Below are positions 15,701 through 36,354 of a stretch of DNA of 64,000 nucleotides, piece after piece. The notes under the pieces were generated by a model. That model worked only from the letters and a program-made list of their open reading frames with translations. It had not been told where the DNA came from and did no database searches. The DNA comes from the human T2T-CHM13v2.0 reference genome, Homo sapiens, in assembly GCF_009914755.1 (NCBI RefSeq), contig NC_060946.1. The stretch is one strand, 5' to 3'. Every line of letters starts with the position of its first letter. Position 1 is the stretch's first letter. Both the position numbers and the translations under genes were made by a program.

Positions 15701-17510
15701 CAATATTGGTAGTAATACCATCTTCTCCTTTCCTGGATATAAGAAACAATATCACAGGAGGGGTGTACACCCCTTGCAATATTGGGAGTATTATCACCTC
15801 TCCCCATGTGGTTATTAAGGACAAAATCCCAGGGTGGCTGTACAGTTCCTACGTTATTGGGAGTAATATCATCCACTCACCCCCTGGATATCAGGAACCA
15901 TATCACAGAAGAGGTGTACACCCCCTTCGATATTGTCAGCAATGTCATCCTCTTCCCACTTGGATATTAGGAACACTACCCCGGGGTTGGGGGCGGTGTA
16001 CACCCACTGCAATATCGAAAGTAATATCAGCCTCTTTCCCGCTGGATATTAGGAACTGTATCACAGGTGTATGTGTGCACCTTCTGGGATATTGGGAGTA
16101 ATATCAGCCTCTACCCCGCTGCATATTACAAACAATATATGGGGGGCAAGGCGGTTACACCCCCTGCGATATTGAGAGTCATATTATTCTCTTTTCCCTG
16201 TACATTAGGAACTATATCAGAGGGGTCTGTACACCTTCTGTGGTATTGGGATGAATGTTATCCTCTCCCCCACTGAATAGCAAAAACAATATCACAGAAG
16301 GGTGTACACCCCTTGCGATATAGCCAGTAATATCATCGTCTCTACTTTTGGATACTAGGAACAACATCACAGAGGGTGTGTACATCCCCTGCAATATTGG
16401 GCATAATGTTATCCTCTCTTCCCCTGGATATGAGGAACAATATCCCTGGTTGGGGTGGGGGGTGGAGTACATTACGAACAATATCACTGGGTGCGTGTAC
16501 ACCCCCTGCTATATTGGGTGTAGTATCATCCTCTCTTCCCTAGGATATTAAGAACAATATCACAGGAGGGGTGTACATCCCCTGTGATATTGGGCATAAT
16601 GTCATCGTCTCCCAACGTGGATATTGGGAACAATGTCACAGGGGGGTGTACACCTCCTTCCATATCGGGAGTAATATCATCCTCTCCCCTCAGGATTGTA
16701 GGCAAAATATCGAAGGGGTTTTACAACTCGTGCGATATGGGCAGTAATATCATCCTCTCCCCACCTAGACATTAGGAACTATGTCACAGGCGACTGTACA
16801 CTTCTTGCGATATTGGGAGTAATATCATCCTCTCCCATCATGGATATTAAGAAGAATATTACAAAGGAGGTGTACACCCCCTGCGATATGGAGAGTAATA
16901 GTATGCTCTCCCCTTCAGGATATTAGGAACAATATCGCAGGAGGTGTGTAGAACCCCTGCGATATTGGGAGTCATATCATCCTCTCCCCCTGAATATAAG
17001 AAACAATATCACAGGAGGATGTACACCCCCTGCGATATTGGGAGTAATATCATTTTCTCCCCCTCGGGATATTCGGAACAATATCACAGTGGGTGTGTAT
17101 ACCCCCTGCGATACTGCCACTAGTATCATCGTCTCCCTCCCAGCATATAAGGAACAGTATCACAAGGGGGTGTACACCCCTGCGATGTTAGGGGTAATAT
17201 CTTTCTGAGAAAGGCTTAGAATTGGCAATAAAACTACAACCACGACCAAAATAATACTGATGCTATCTCAGAATTACCTTGCATTTTACCTGTGTTAACT
17301 TGTTTAGCCCTCCAACAAATTGCTGAGTTGTCCTCCCATTTTAAAGCTGAGCACGAATTAGTGGACCATCCCCTTCCAGAACTGAGGCTTTGTGGCTTGG
17401 GTCGCCAGTGGAGCAGCCCAGTGTCTGGCTGCAGCGAGCCTCTGCTTCGATGCTTGGCCCTGCCAAGGCGGTGGAGCCGGTCGGTGAAAATAGCTGCACA
17501 CTGGCTGCCC

Positions 17511-17910
17511 AATGTCCACCTCACTCTTCTCCTCTGTGTATATCCTAGGCGTACCGTGGATTCACCTTCACCATCCTCTGAGCCCTGGGTGGCTGCACCA
17601 ACTGGCCCTTCCACGGCACTGTGTCTGCTCACAGGTGTCCCAGGAACAGCCATTTCATAGAGCAGTTGGGCTCCTATGGTCCACTGCCCAACAGTCATTA
17701 AGAGCAACTCGTTCCCCTCAACCTGGAGAGGATCCGGCATTGGGTTGGCTGTGGGGCCCGCCTATGGAAAAGCTTCTCGGTCTTTCTGGCTTTTTTCCCC
17801 TGCATTCTATGCTGACCACAACTGCTGAGTGACTGCAAAGAAAACAGGCACATGAAGTTCTCTTAGCTTTTCAGAAAACAGATACAAAGGCTATAGGAAC
17901 AGAAGTGAGT
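17511..17910 (+). pseudogene. MRPS16P3: Processed pseudogene of mitochondrial ribosomal protein S16 (probably MRPS16P3)
   Basis: Intronless. Translates to VHLTLLLC..., [44 protein letters not shown] and [34 protein letters not shown], collinear with MRPS16. Stops at 17579, 17699 and 17830 plus frameshifts. The P3 suffix is from memory of the locus. Confidence 0.9.
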
Positions 17911-18407
17911 TCACTTCAGTGAGCAGAGCAGTGGGAACAAGACCAAGGGCTTCTCAAAATGCTTCTGCAGAGATCTTAATTTTGTTAGATTTAGAGGTCA
18001 ATAAATGGAGTTTTCTGAGTCACTCGTGCTCTTCTGGCCTGGCCTGAGCAGGGCCCAGGGCAAGATTTACTTTTGTCTGACATAGAGCTGGGTCTTGGTA
18101 CTAATGAGCTTTTTCAGACTTTGACTTGGGAAAGGCAGTGGCTATAAGCAGGATTGGACTTTTGGGTGGGGCCCTGGGTCTCTTGGACGAATTTACAATC
18201 TATTGCCTTCCAAGACTTTCTTCTTCAAAGCCCCAGTCAGACTGTTCATGGCCCATCCAAATCTTTCTATAACATTCATGGTCATCCCATAGCCCAAGGA
18301 GTTACTTGCTTATTGATTTTGTCATTGGAAACTGTATTGTTTTGCTTAACACATATCCTTAAATTTACAAAGGTAGATTTGTTATGAAAATTGCTTTGGG
18401 GCTGTCA

Positions 18408-18785
<378 letters not shown>

Positions 18786-19194
18786 TTACATGCAAGGTTA
18801 TTTGTGAGGATTATAAGGTATCATAAAGGCAGGTAGGGTTAGCTCCATTTTACAGATGGAGAAGCTGAGGCTTAGAGGTGAAAACTTGCCCAGCAATACA
18901 GGATTCAGACCCCAATAGGCCTACCTGGAAAGCCCTTCCCAACATATTATGCTGTTCATAGAGGGAAAAGATGAGCAAAGAATGGGGACTTTTCAAGAAT
19001 TCACTTAGAATGTCAATGATAGAATCATGTGTGGGTATCTTGAGTTTGGCAATATAAATGACTAATTGTGCAGAAGCAAAATATCACATTTCCTGCTCCA
19101 GCAGAACTGCAGGATTCTCCAAACACAAGCGTGACTCACATGGTTGGAGTGCACACTCTGGATAATATAGATTTCAAATTCCGGCATATGATGA

Positions 19195-20138
<944 letters not shown>

Positions 20139-20613
20139 TCTTCAAGGAGACTTTGAAGCCTCTGGAGAGGACCTACAGGGCCCAGTTTGGACATGAGCAT
20201 CTCCAGCCCAGGGAAGGGCTCAGTGAAGAAACCCCACTGAGCATGGGCCAGTCCCCCAAGGTGGTGCAGCTCTGTGGATTTCTCCTGGGCATCCCCTTTT
20301 CCCCTTTCAGACTCCTCCAGGTTGTTTGGCCTGGGAGCTGACGATGTGAGTGCATTTTTCATTGCAATGAGATCTTAGGGCTCTGCAAGACTTTGACAGA
20401 AGAGTCAGGCCTGTGAGTGCTGTCAGACCCTGGCCTGGAAGGTCTGGGGTCTCCCTGGTGTGCAGAGGGCAGGTCTTCACCACATGACGGCGCTTCACAG
20501 CCTGGGAAGGGCGTGTCTATCGTTGCGTTTTTAATTTGCATTTGCTTACTTATAAATTATATACTATCACACTCGTCTTTAAGCAAAGAAAAAAGAAAAA
20601 GAAATACAAATTA

Positions 20614-21267
<654 letters not shown>

Positions 21268-21618
21268 TACTAATGAGGTTGAGCATCTTTTTAAATATTA
21301 ACTGGCCATTGGATATCTTCGTTTGTGAAGTACCTATTTCAAGTTTCTCATCCACTTTTCTATTGGACTATACATCTTCTTCTTACTAATTATAGGAATT
21401 CTTCACATTTGCTGGAAATGGACCTTTTGTGGATCAAGGGACTATTCAGTAACGAGAGTAAAGGAGGAGAGTGGAGAGTGGTGGGGGGCCTCTCATCAGG
21501 CCATAGAAACCACAGAAAAAGTCCTCGGCCTTAGCCTGAGAGCCATGGTGCCCTGGAGAAGGGTTTTTCTTACCATCTGACTATTCTGTTCTCTTCAAGA
21601 CTGACAGCACTGGTGTCA

Positions 21619-22273
<655 letters not shown>

Positions 22274-23849
22274 TTACACGGTAAAATCTGGGAAGTGCTG
22301 GTTTGTCAAGAACCTTCAGGATCACATCTGTGCTCTTCACAAACATCGCTTGGATTAAAAAGGGGGGAAGGGGCAGAGCCGTCCATGGTTACAGTTCTGT
22401 TCCAAGATAAATATACGCTTTCCTCTGCGCTGATTTTTTTCTGATGAGAAGACCAGAATATTTATGCAACTCCCTTGAGTAGTTATATATTTATAGGGGC
22501 AGGCAGTGGTCAACAGTGGCCCGAACCATTGGACTCCTTGCTCAAAACTGCCTCAGCTCATCTGCCTGAAATTCCAGTTACTGTCATGTTGTGGGGACCC
22601 ATATAGGAACAAAACGTGGACTACTCGAGAGGTAGCTACCCTGCGCCCACAGACTGTGACAACGGAGGGTGACCCAGGTAAGTACTTCAATCGAATGAAC
22701 TTTAATTTCCTTGGCTACACAATGCGAGTAACACAAATGCGCTTCCCTTACAATGCTATTTTGAGTGGTACATGAGAAAATGGATGTCAAGTCTTTTTTT
22801 CATTAAATGATATGTCAGTCAAAAGATGAGTGTGGATGGTGGTTACCATGGGTGGTGGACTTGAAATGACCTGTGTTCACTTCCTTTTACTTATCGAAGT
22901 GTCAACATTTGTTATCAAGAACATGCAAAACGTATGCATATGCAGGTTTTGAATAAAAAGCTAATGCGATATAATCTTTGTCAGTATCTAGATATATTCT
23001 AAAAAGCAAAGCTAAGATAGTATTATGAATCAAAATGTCTTTTCTTCTGTGCTCTGAAGAACTAATAGCATGCCAAAAAAATCATACTAAGGTATAAAAC
23101 ACACAAAATTTTCACACACACACACACACACACACACTTCTTCTGAGAGTTTCTATTTTCATGGCTATTGTAGGCGCCAGTCTGTTGTTTCTGTGCTGAA
23201 TGTTCTAGAAAGTCTGAAGCCAACATACTTGGTCGCTCAAGAAATTCCTTTGTTTTATCTGAAATCTAGTAACTTCATTACATTTTCCCTGCTGCCACCA
23301 TTCAGCAACCATTTTTCCTGGGACCTAGTGTGCTCTTTTATATCTAGAAATATTTCTTCAATTTTATCTTTAAATATTTGTTCTGTTTACATTTTCCAGT
23401 TTTCTTCTTTGGGGATTCCAAGGAGCATATGTTGGCATTAGCAAAATTCCTATTTATTCCATATGTTTTTGCTAAACTTTTTTCAGCACTTTATTTTCAC
23501 TTCATCCCTGTCTTCTATATCTTTTTTTTTAATAGTGTCTGTTTTCTCTTGTATAAAATCCAATGAGCATTGATTTTTTTGTAATGACTTTATTTTTCTC
23601 TTCTCTTCTTTCCTAAGCTCCACCAGCTTCCATGTGCTTTCCTCCTGTTACCTTGCCATGTTTCCTCTGAGCCCTCACATCTCTGTTTTATGCTCTTGCA
23701 TTGTAGGGGAAATTCCTTCACTAACTTTAACAAAATTAATTACAGAAGAATGATAGTTTCCATCAGCTTGCTGGCAGCATGTTTCTGGTGAGTGTTCTTT
23801 ATCTGCTCTTTGTTTTTGTTGTTGTTGCTGTCTGCCTTTAGGTCTTTCT

Positions 23850-23852
23850 TTC

Positions 23853-23884
<32 letters not shown>

Positions 23885-24186
23885 TGAGACAGAGTCTTGC
23901 TCTGTTGCCCTGGCTGGAGTGCAGTGCTGTGATTATGGCTCACTGCAGCCTCAACATCCCAGGCTCTCAAACGATCCTCCTGCCTCAGTCTCCCAAGTAG
24001 CTGGACTACAGGTATGCACCACTACACCTGGCTAATTTTTTTTCTTTTTTATTCTTCTTTTTTTTTTGTAGAGACAGGGTCTCACTTTGTTGTCCAGGCT
24101 GGTCTTGAACTTCTGGGCTCAAGTGATCCTCCCGCCTTGGCCTCTTGAAGTGTTAGCATTACAGGTGTGAGCCACCTCACCCAACC
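23850..24186 (-). mobile_element. Alu (AluJ-like)
   Basis: Antisense Alu led by poly(T). Confidence 0.85.
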
Positions 24187-24269
24187 CCTTTTTGTCTATA
24201 TACTTAAATGCCTATAAATGTGTATATATATACATATATATGTACACACACACACATATATATATATTC

Positions 24270-26400
<2,131 letters not shown>

Positions 26401-27712
26401 GTTATTAATTTTTTTTGTGTAGACCTTGTGTTGATGGCTTTTCTTCTTTTCATGGACCAGCTATTTATGGAAAATTAAATAGAAAAAAGCCAGGGCTGTG
26501 TTCTAGGCTAGCAGAACTGTTCTTTATGACCTGGGCCTTCTACCTGAATTTCTAGTATATATTTCTCCCCAGCAATGGAATTGGCAGTTTTCAGATTGTT
26601 CACAAGGTGGAGTCTTTTCCCCTCTCTGCCTCAAAAACAAACTGCTTCCTACAAATATGGCTTGTCTCACTGTGTTTCCTCATTTAGTCCTATCGTCACT
26701 GCTTTGTGGAACCAATCCGGATTCACTGCCAACCTGTACACCTTAGTGGATTCACTGCCAACCTGTACACCTTAGTCTTACTATTTTGAACACAGCATTC
26801 TATTGTTGCACTTTGGGAACACCCATTGCCTTGAAGAGAGGCTTTTCTTTTCTCTGAAATTTGCAGTTATCAACATCTTCTCTCCTCTTCCTCCCAAAGC
26901 CCTGCTCATTCCCATTGCTTTTGGCATCCTTTTAATCTAGTTTATCTATTTTCCCTCGTCTCTAATAGATGGTATTTGCTTCATTTTCCTTGTTGCTTAT
27001 GGGTAATTTTTGAAAGAAGAGAAATTGAGAATGTGATCCATTCATGTTCAAACCAGAAGTCTTTGCAAGCACTTCTGAGAGTTGCTGTACTATGATGGAG
27101 ATAGCGAGAGGCTTGACAGCGAAAGAAACAGATGCTGGGGTCCCTCCCTGCACCCTCTCTCTGGGGTAGCTTCCTCTGAGTTATTCCTCAACCCCTCCAC
27201 CTACCATTGGTGTTTCCCAGCTCCAGCCTCAGTGCTCTTCTCCCCTCTAAGCTCTCCATCCTCCGTGGATTTTATCTGTTTACGAATTCCCATCTCGGAG
27301 TCACCAGGCCTCAGCTCCGTATGGCGCCCCGCCACTCATCGCCTCTCTGAATGACTGTGGGGTCGGTTTTCTTCTTTAGGAGGGGAAGCTGCCTCTCTTC
27401 CGGCCTAGGATCCATTGTCATCTGCAGAGAGAGAAGTGCCAAGGGATCCTCAGAGATACCATGACTGCAGCACCAACCAAAATCCACCCAGGTAATCCTC
27501 TCCTGTTCAGTAAATTCTCTTGACCCCAGCTCACTGTCCCCACCTACAACGGGAGATGCTAGAGATTATGAAGTGACTTGAGGCACTGGATGTGGCTGAT
27601 CCTGGGTCCGAAAGTGAAGGTGAGGAACTAAAGTCCCTTTCTTGCCCTATCTCCCATGAGATTCTGCTCACACTCCTCCTACAATTAGAGACCTCTCATC
27701 CTGGGTTCCTTA

Positions 27713-28415
<703 letters not shown>

Positions 28416-29115
28416 TCAGGATCGCTGTGTCCTCCAGCAATGAATGCAGGGTGTCCGACTGAGAAGAGTTGAGAAAGCAAGATAAATGAACTGGGGCCAG
28501 TGGATCCCTTCTTCCGTGTTGAGAGAGGAGGCAGGAGAGAGGAGCAAGCTCCTTGCATCTGTGTGTGATCCCTGAGCACAGTGGCCACAGCCTCCACTGA
28601 AGGTGGCCTCCTGGGTGTCTTGTAATGGAAACCACTCAGAAGAGTCTAACGCCCTGTTTGGGAGACGTGAGTCAAAGCAGGGGGAGAAGGGTAGTTCTTT
28701 CTCGCTCTCAGTGTGATATTCTGAGCTTTCTCATGGAAGATGCATTTTTAAATTATCAGAAATTGATCGATTATGAAATATGATGATTCGTGAAACATCT
28801 GTGTACATAATCAAACACAAGATGATGTTGTTTGACCTCTCATCCTATGCATAAAGCACAAAAGTTGCATAGGAGATGAATTTAACTGGAAGGGAACTAT
28901 GAGCCCATTTCATGGACAGACCCAGAACCTGTCCAGTGGTTCTCCCACTCCCGCTATATGATCATCCTCTGCCTTTGCTGGGTCTCAGCCCTGCTCACTC
29001 CCTTCTTGCCTCCTCCCCAAAATAAAGTCTAATAGAGTCATCTCCCAAGATCTATTCTAGCCCAGGACAGCAGGGAGAGCTGAGCAAGATTTTAAACATA
29101 AAAAACTTAGTGTCA

Positions 29116-29400
29116 GCTGGGCGTAGTGGCTCAGGACTTTAATCCCAGCACTTTGAGAGGCTGAGGTGGCCAGATGGATCACCTGAGGCCCAGGAGGTTG
29201 ACAGCCTGGTCAACATGGTGAAACCCCGTCTCTACTAAGAATGCAAAAATTAGCTGGGCGTGGTGGTGCACACCTATAATCCCAGCTACTCGGGAGACTG
29301 AGGCAGGAGAATCGCTTGAACAAGGGAGGCAGAGGTTGCAAAGCCGAGATCGTGCCACTGCACTCCAGCCTGAGCCACAGAGCAAGACTGTGTATCAAAA
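29116..29400 (+). mobile_element. Alu
   Basis: Full dimer. Confidence 0.85.
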
Positions 29401-29989
29401 ATTAAATAAATATATACATACATACATAAAAAAACAAAACTTAGTGTCATGAATGATGAGGTCTTATTCTAAGTGTTGTTCTGTATCTGTCATTTACTGG
29501 GTATACACAGAGTAGGCAGGAAAGCGCAGATAACACACATCTCTGCCTTCAAGGTGAAGCTCCGGGCTGCCACAATAAACCACTCACTGCATCAGCTGAA
29601 ACCTCTGCACTGTACCTATCTATGTAGAGCATAGGAAGAGAGCAAAGAAATAAAAAGCAGAATGCCTAAAATAATGGGACAAATCAAAGTTGAATAATTA
29701 TAACAAAAAATAATTAATATGAATATGAATAACATTAAGAAAAGTATCAAATTGGGTCAAAATCAGATCTGAGTAATTTTCTACATCCAAGAGATAACCT
29801 GAAATAAATAGGACACAAAAGGCCAAAATAACAAGTTAGAAAAACTTACATAGAACCAACAAAAAAAGAAAACAATATTAACATTTAACAGTATTAATTT
29901 GTCAGATTTTGTCTTACCATGTACTTGGCAGCATTCCCTGCACCAAATGCATTACTGTACAAGTGGGAGATTTTATGATAAAATAATGA

Positions 29990-30313
<324 letters not shown>

Positions 30314-30856
30314 TTCTATTGGCTTTTATTATAAAACTAACAAGTTACTTTGGTAACAAAGCTCAATAATATAGATGAGTGAAAAGTGCAAAAGTATTTT
30401 GTCACCCTAGCCCTAAATCTCCCTCCCTGAGCTAAGCCTGTTCACATTTGGTGTATCTCCTTCGAGAATATTCCCCTACTCCTACATCACATATATAGTA
30501 CTTAAAAAAAATAAGAAAAGAATATAAAGAACATATTCTTCAACCTCTTTTCTTTTACTTAATATATCCTGGACCTCTTTCTAGGTCAGTTGTACATAGA
30601 TTTGCCTCGTTCCTTTTCACATCCATAAACCTTTATTTTGTATTGCTCTATTTTCATGTAAACAGTCCCCGGCATGGATTTTTCAAATTGTTTCCATTTC
30701 TTTATACAACTTCAAATAACTGGATGAACATCCATACACGTTTGTCTGTTGTGTTGTGTTGTGCCGTTGTGTTGTGTCCGTGGTGGGTGTATTTCTAGAG
30801 GTGGGATGCTGAGTGTCAGGCACATGTACTTCTCATGTTAAGAGACATCCCAAGAA

Positions 30857-31530
<674 letters not shown>

Positions 31531-31624
31531 TAGGTGAGGACTGGGAGAGACAGGTTTCAGGCATGGAGAAGGGAGTCATATTTATTAATCATATTATAAG
31601 CTTAAATTTTAAAAAATCTAAAGC

Positions 31625-31679
31625 ATGCCATGTGGCAAACAAGGAAATTTGCAAGTTCCCGGTTCCAAGGTGTTACCTG
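31625..31679 (+). CDS. APOL5: Apolipoprotein L5, coding exon 1 (MPCGKQGNLQVPGSKVLP-G)
   Basis: ATG at 31625; 55 nt followed by the donor G|GTAAGT at 31680; phase 1. Matches the APOL5 N-terminus as I recall it. Confidence 0.93.
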
Positions 31680-32054
31680 GTAAGTTCTTTTAAGCTTTCA
31701 GAAAACAAGCAATTCTCACGTTGTACAAATTGTCCCAGAAATAGAAAAAATACGTTACACTATTTTTTATACCCACCATATGCTATTGCTGGGTGGAGAT
31801 ATAGCAGATCCTTGGTTTTAATGAGGGAGATATCATGAGACCCTCTCAATTGCTCAGGTTTGAAAATACTACATCAAATAACTTCCTTTGTAAAGTTTAA
31901 CTAAAAATGTAAAGTTTAACTAAAAACATAAGCAGCTCTTTAAGCCCCTGCTTGAAGCAGTGTGGCAGCGGGGAAGGGGTCAATCACTGGTTCCATTTCT
32001 GGTTAAAGTAGAGGCAGCAGGCAGGACAAGGTGGCGACATTATCAAAGAACTCA

Positions 32055-32933
<879 letters not shown>

Positions 32934-33329
32934 TTATGTTGCAGGAGAACTAGGGGTGATTTTTGTCAAATTATATTTTTTGTCAAATTTGACTATCTTT
33001 TTGTCAAATTATATTGAAAATACATTTAAAGTGATTTTTGAGCAACAAAAGAAGCTGCAATGTGAGAGAGAGTGTCTGAACAAGGTGGACTCTGCTGTGT
33101 TGCCTGCCTGGGTAAAACCAACCACCATCCCGCCCACGAGCCTTGTCATCAGGCAGGTGTCATTCAGCAGGGACTGGACTGTGCCTCTCTCAGGGCTATA
33201 GATGATAGGCACTGGACAGAATGAGCGTTCACTTGCTCCCAAGTTAAAAATGTTATCAATTAACATGGCCCCGATTGTCTTGGTGCCTATCATTGTGTTG
33301 TTGGATGATTCTCAGAAGACTTTTGTGAC

Positions 33330-34018
33330 TTAACGAAATGGGAAAAGTTCCCTTATCCCCCTTGCACAGTATAAAACGGGGTGTGGCTCACTTCTTCGGT
33401 GCCCTGCGGCTCAAACCCCTAGGGGGAGCATGCGGACCGGCAGGTCTTGGGGAGCGTGGGCTCCGACCCCACAGCAGCCCCATCTAGGGTTGAGTGTTTG
33501 CAGCTCCCGAGCCCCAGTGAGCTTATCGGAAGGACAAAGCAGAGGGTCTAATTTCTGTACTCCAGGGTTCTAACCCTAGTATGCCAGAAAAATTGGATCA
33601 CACGTGGGCTTGGAGAGTGAGTGCAAGGTTTTATCGAGTGTAGTTCTCAGCAGATGGATGGGGAGCCAGAAAGGGGATGGAGTGGGAAGGTGGTCTTCCC
33701 CTGGATTTGGGCCACTCAGCGGTTCTCCTCCAACTGCCTTTGGCTAAATTCCATGTCATTCAGCCGTGGATGACCTGTCAGCATCCGCCGGTGTATTCTT
33801 CTTCCTGTGTGTTCCTCTCGATGTCCAGCTACTTGTGTGTGTCTGCCTGTTAGGTGGGGATATGGCGGGCCAGAGTGGTCTTAGAAAATGCAGCATTTGG
33901 GAGCGAAAGCAGAAATGCTTGTCCTCACTTAGATCCATGGGCCCAGGCCCGAGGGTGGAACCCTCACCGGGGACCATGCCTTTATGTAAGCAGCACTTCC
34001 CTGCCTGCTCCCATATCA
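33330..34018 (-). mobile_element. ERV1-class LTR remnant (LTR1/LTR28-like) in APOL5 intron 1
   Basis: Minus strand starts TGATATGGGAGCAGGCAGGGAAGTGCTG; internal AATAAA-like signal; family assigned from memory. Confidence 0.55.
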
Positions 34019-34320
34019 TTAACGTATAACGTCAACATTTCAAAAGTGCTTTACCAATCTACTTTGCCACTAGAAGCCTAAGCGATTTCCAGTTTTATTG
34101 CATCCTAGTCAACCTTGGGCATTCCCATGGTTTGTTTGTTTAAAATCATTAGACAAAAATCATGTGACATTTCTGAGACATTAAGATTTTTGTTGTATTC
34201 TTTTTTTTTTCTAATTCTCCAATATTGTAATTAGACAGCCAACTTTCCCGGAGCACTGTTATGTCTTTTCGGGCTGAGATGACTCAAGAAGAAATGTCCC
34301 TGATCCTTGTCCATCTCCAG

Positions 34321-34407
34321 GCTTGGGAGAAGGTTGTAAAGAAATGTGGCTTCGAAAGGTAATCTACGGAGGTGAGGTCTGGGGGAAGTCCCCAGAACCT
34401 GAGTTCC
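34321..34407 (+). CDS. APOL5: APOL5 coding exon 2 ([30 protein letters not shown])
   Basis: Acceptor ccttgtccatctccAG ends at 34320; donor C|GTGAGG at 34408; 87 nt, phase 1-1, in frame with exons 1 and 3. Confidence 0.93.
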
Positions 34408-34501
34408 GTGAGGGCAGAGAACAGGCTGTTATGCTTATGGCCACAATCCCAGCATCCAAAACAGTGTCTGTCACAGACCCAGCACTCAATGAGTATTTGG
34501 G

Positions 34502-34811
<310 letters not shown>

Positions 34812-34916
34812 TGAATGAAGGAATAAAATCTGATTGTTAATATCCAGATCTGTAGCCACCTTCATAGGATGAAACATACAAATGGGTTCCAACCAAGTTG
34901 GCTGAAGTGTTGCTCA

Positions 34917-35308
<392 letters not shown>

Positions 35309-35840
35309 ATCCTTTGGTAATGGTAAGTACATTGGTATACTGATAGATGCCCAGACACATGGCTTAGAGGGCAATGGAATCCTAGAAGCAGAATTTGCTG
35401 GTTTTCTCCCAATCCAGGAATATTCCTTCCTGGGTCTGCCTTCACCCTTTCCCAACCCATGATAATGTCTGAGTCTTGCCTTGAGATCCAAGCTCCTGGG
35501 ACTTCCCTTTCCGTTGCCTTGGCCTGGGCATTCAGACTCTCCCACAGAGCTCAGCTGCAGCAATAGACTCACAACAAACTCTGCTGCCTAACAGAGGTTG
35601 CACTTAACTCTTGCCAAAGTGTCCATAAGGTTCTCTAAAGTGGGTTGCAATGCTCCCGCAATTTATAGCAACCAAATGCCTAAAGATAAAATCTTCATGC
35701 GTCATGCAAATGGGTTGCCTGCGCTTTCAGACACAGGTACAGTTATTGACTTCTCTGTGTCCTTGGCCCAGCCTCCCTCTACTGTTCTCTCTCCCACCTC
35801 CACTGTCAAGATTTCCCCCCAGTGCTCCCGTTAAGTCTGA

Positions 35841-36354
<514 letters not shown>

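Larger units (their letters stand above)
5049..17203. repeat. SATR1/SATR2-like interstitial satellite, ~72-76-bp degenerate monomers in alternating orientations
   Basis: Recurrent TGTACACCCCCTGCGATATTGGGAGTAATATCATCCTCTCCCCCCTGGATATTAGGAACAATATCACAGGGGG and its reverse complement throughout. Confidence 0.9.

Noticed and set aside
5030-17212. Target-site duplication around the satellite (ccttctgtgaaa versus ctttctgagaaa)
   Set aside because: Short, imperfect and offset from the left junction; compatible with chance.
17234-17832. 168-, 122- and 106-aa ORFs
   Set aside because: Off-frame or antisense readings of the disabled MRPS16 pseudogene.
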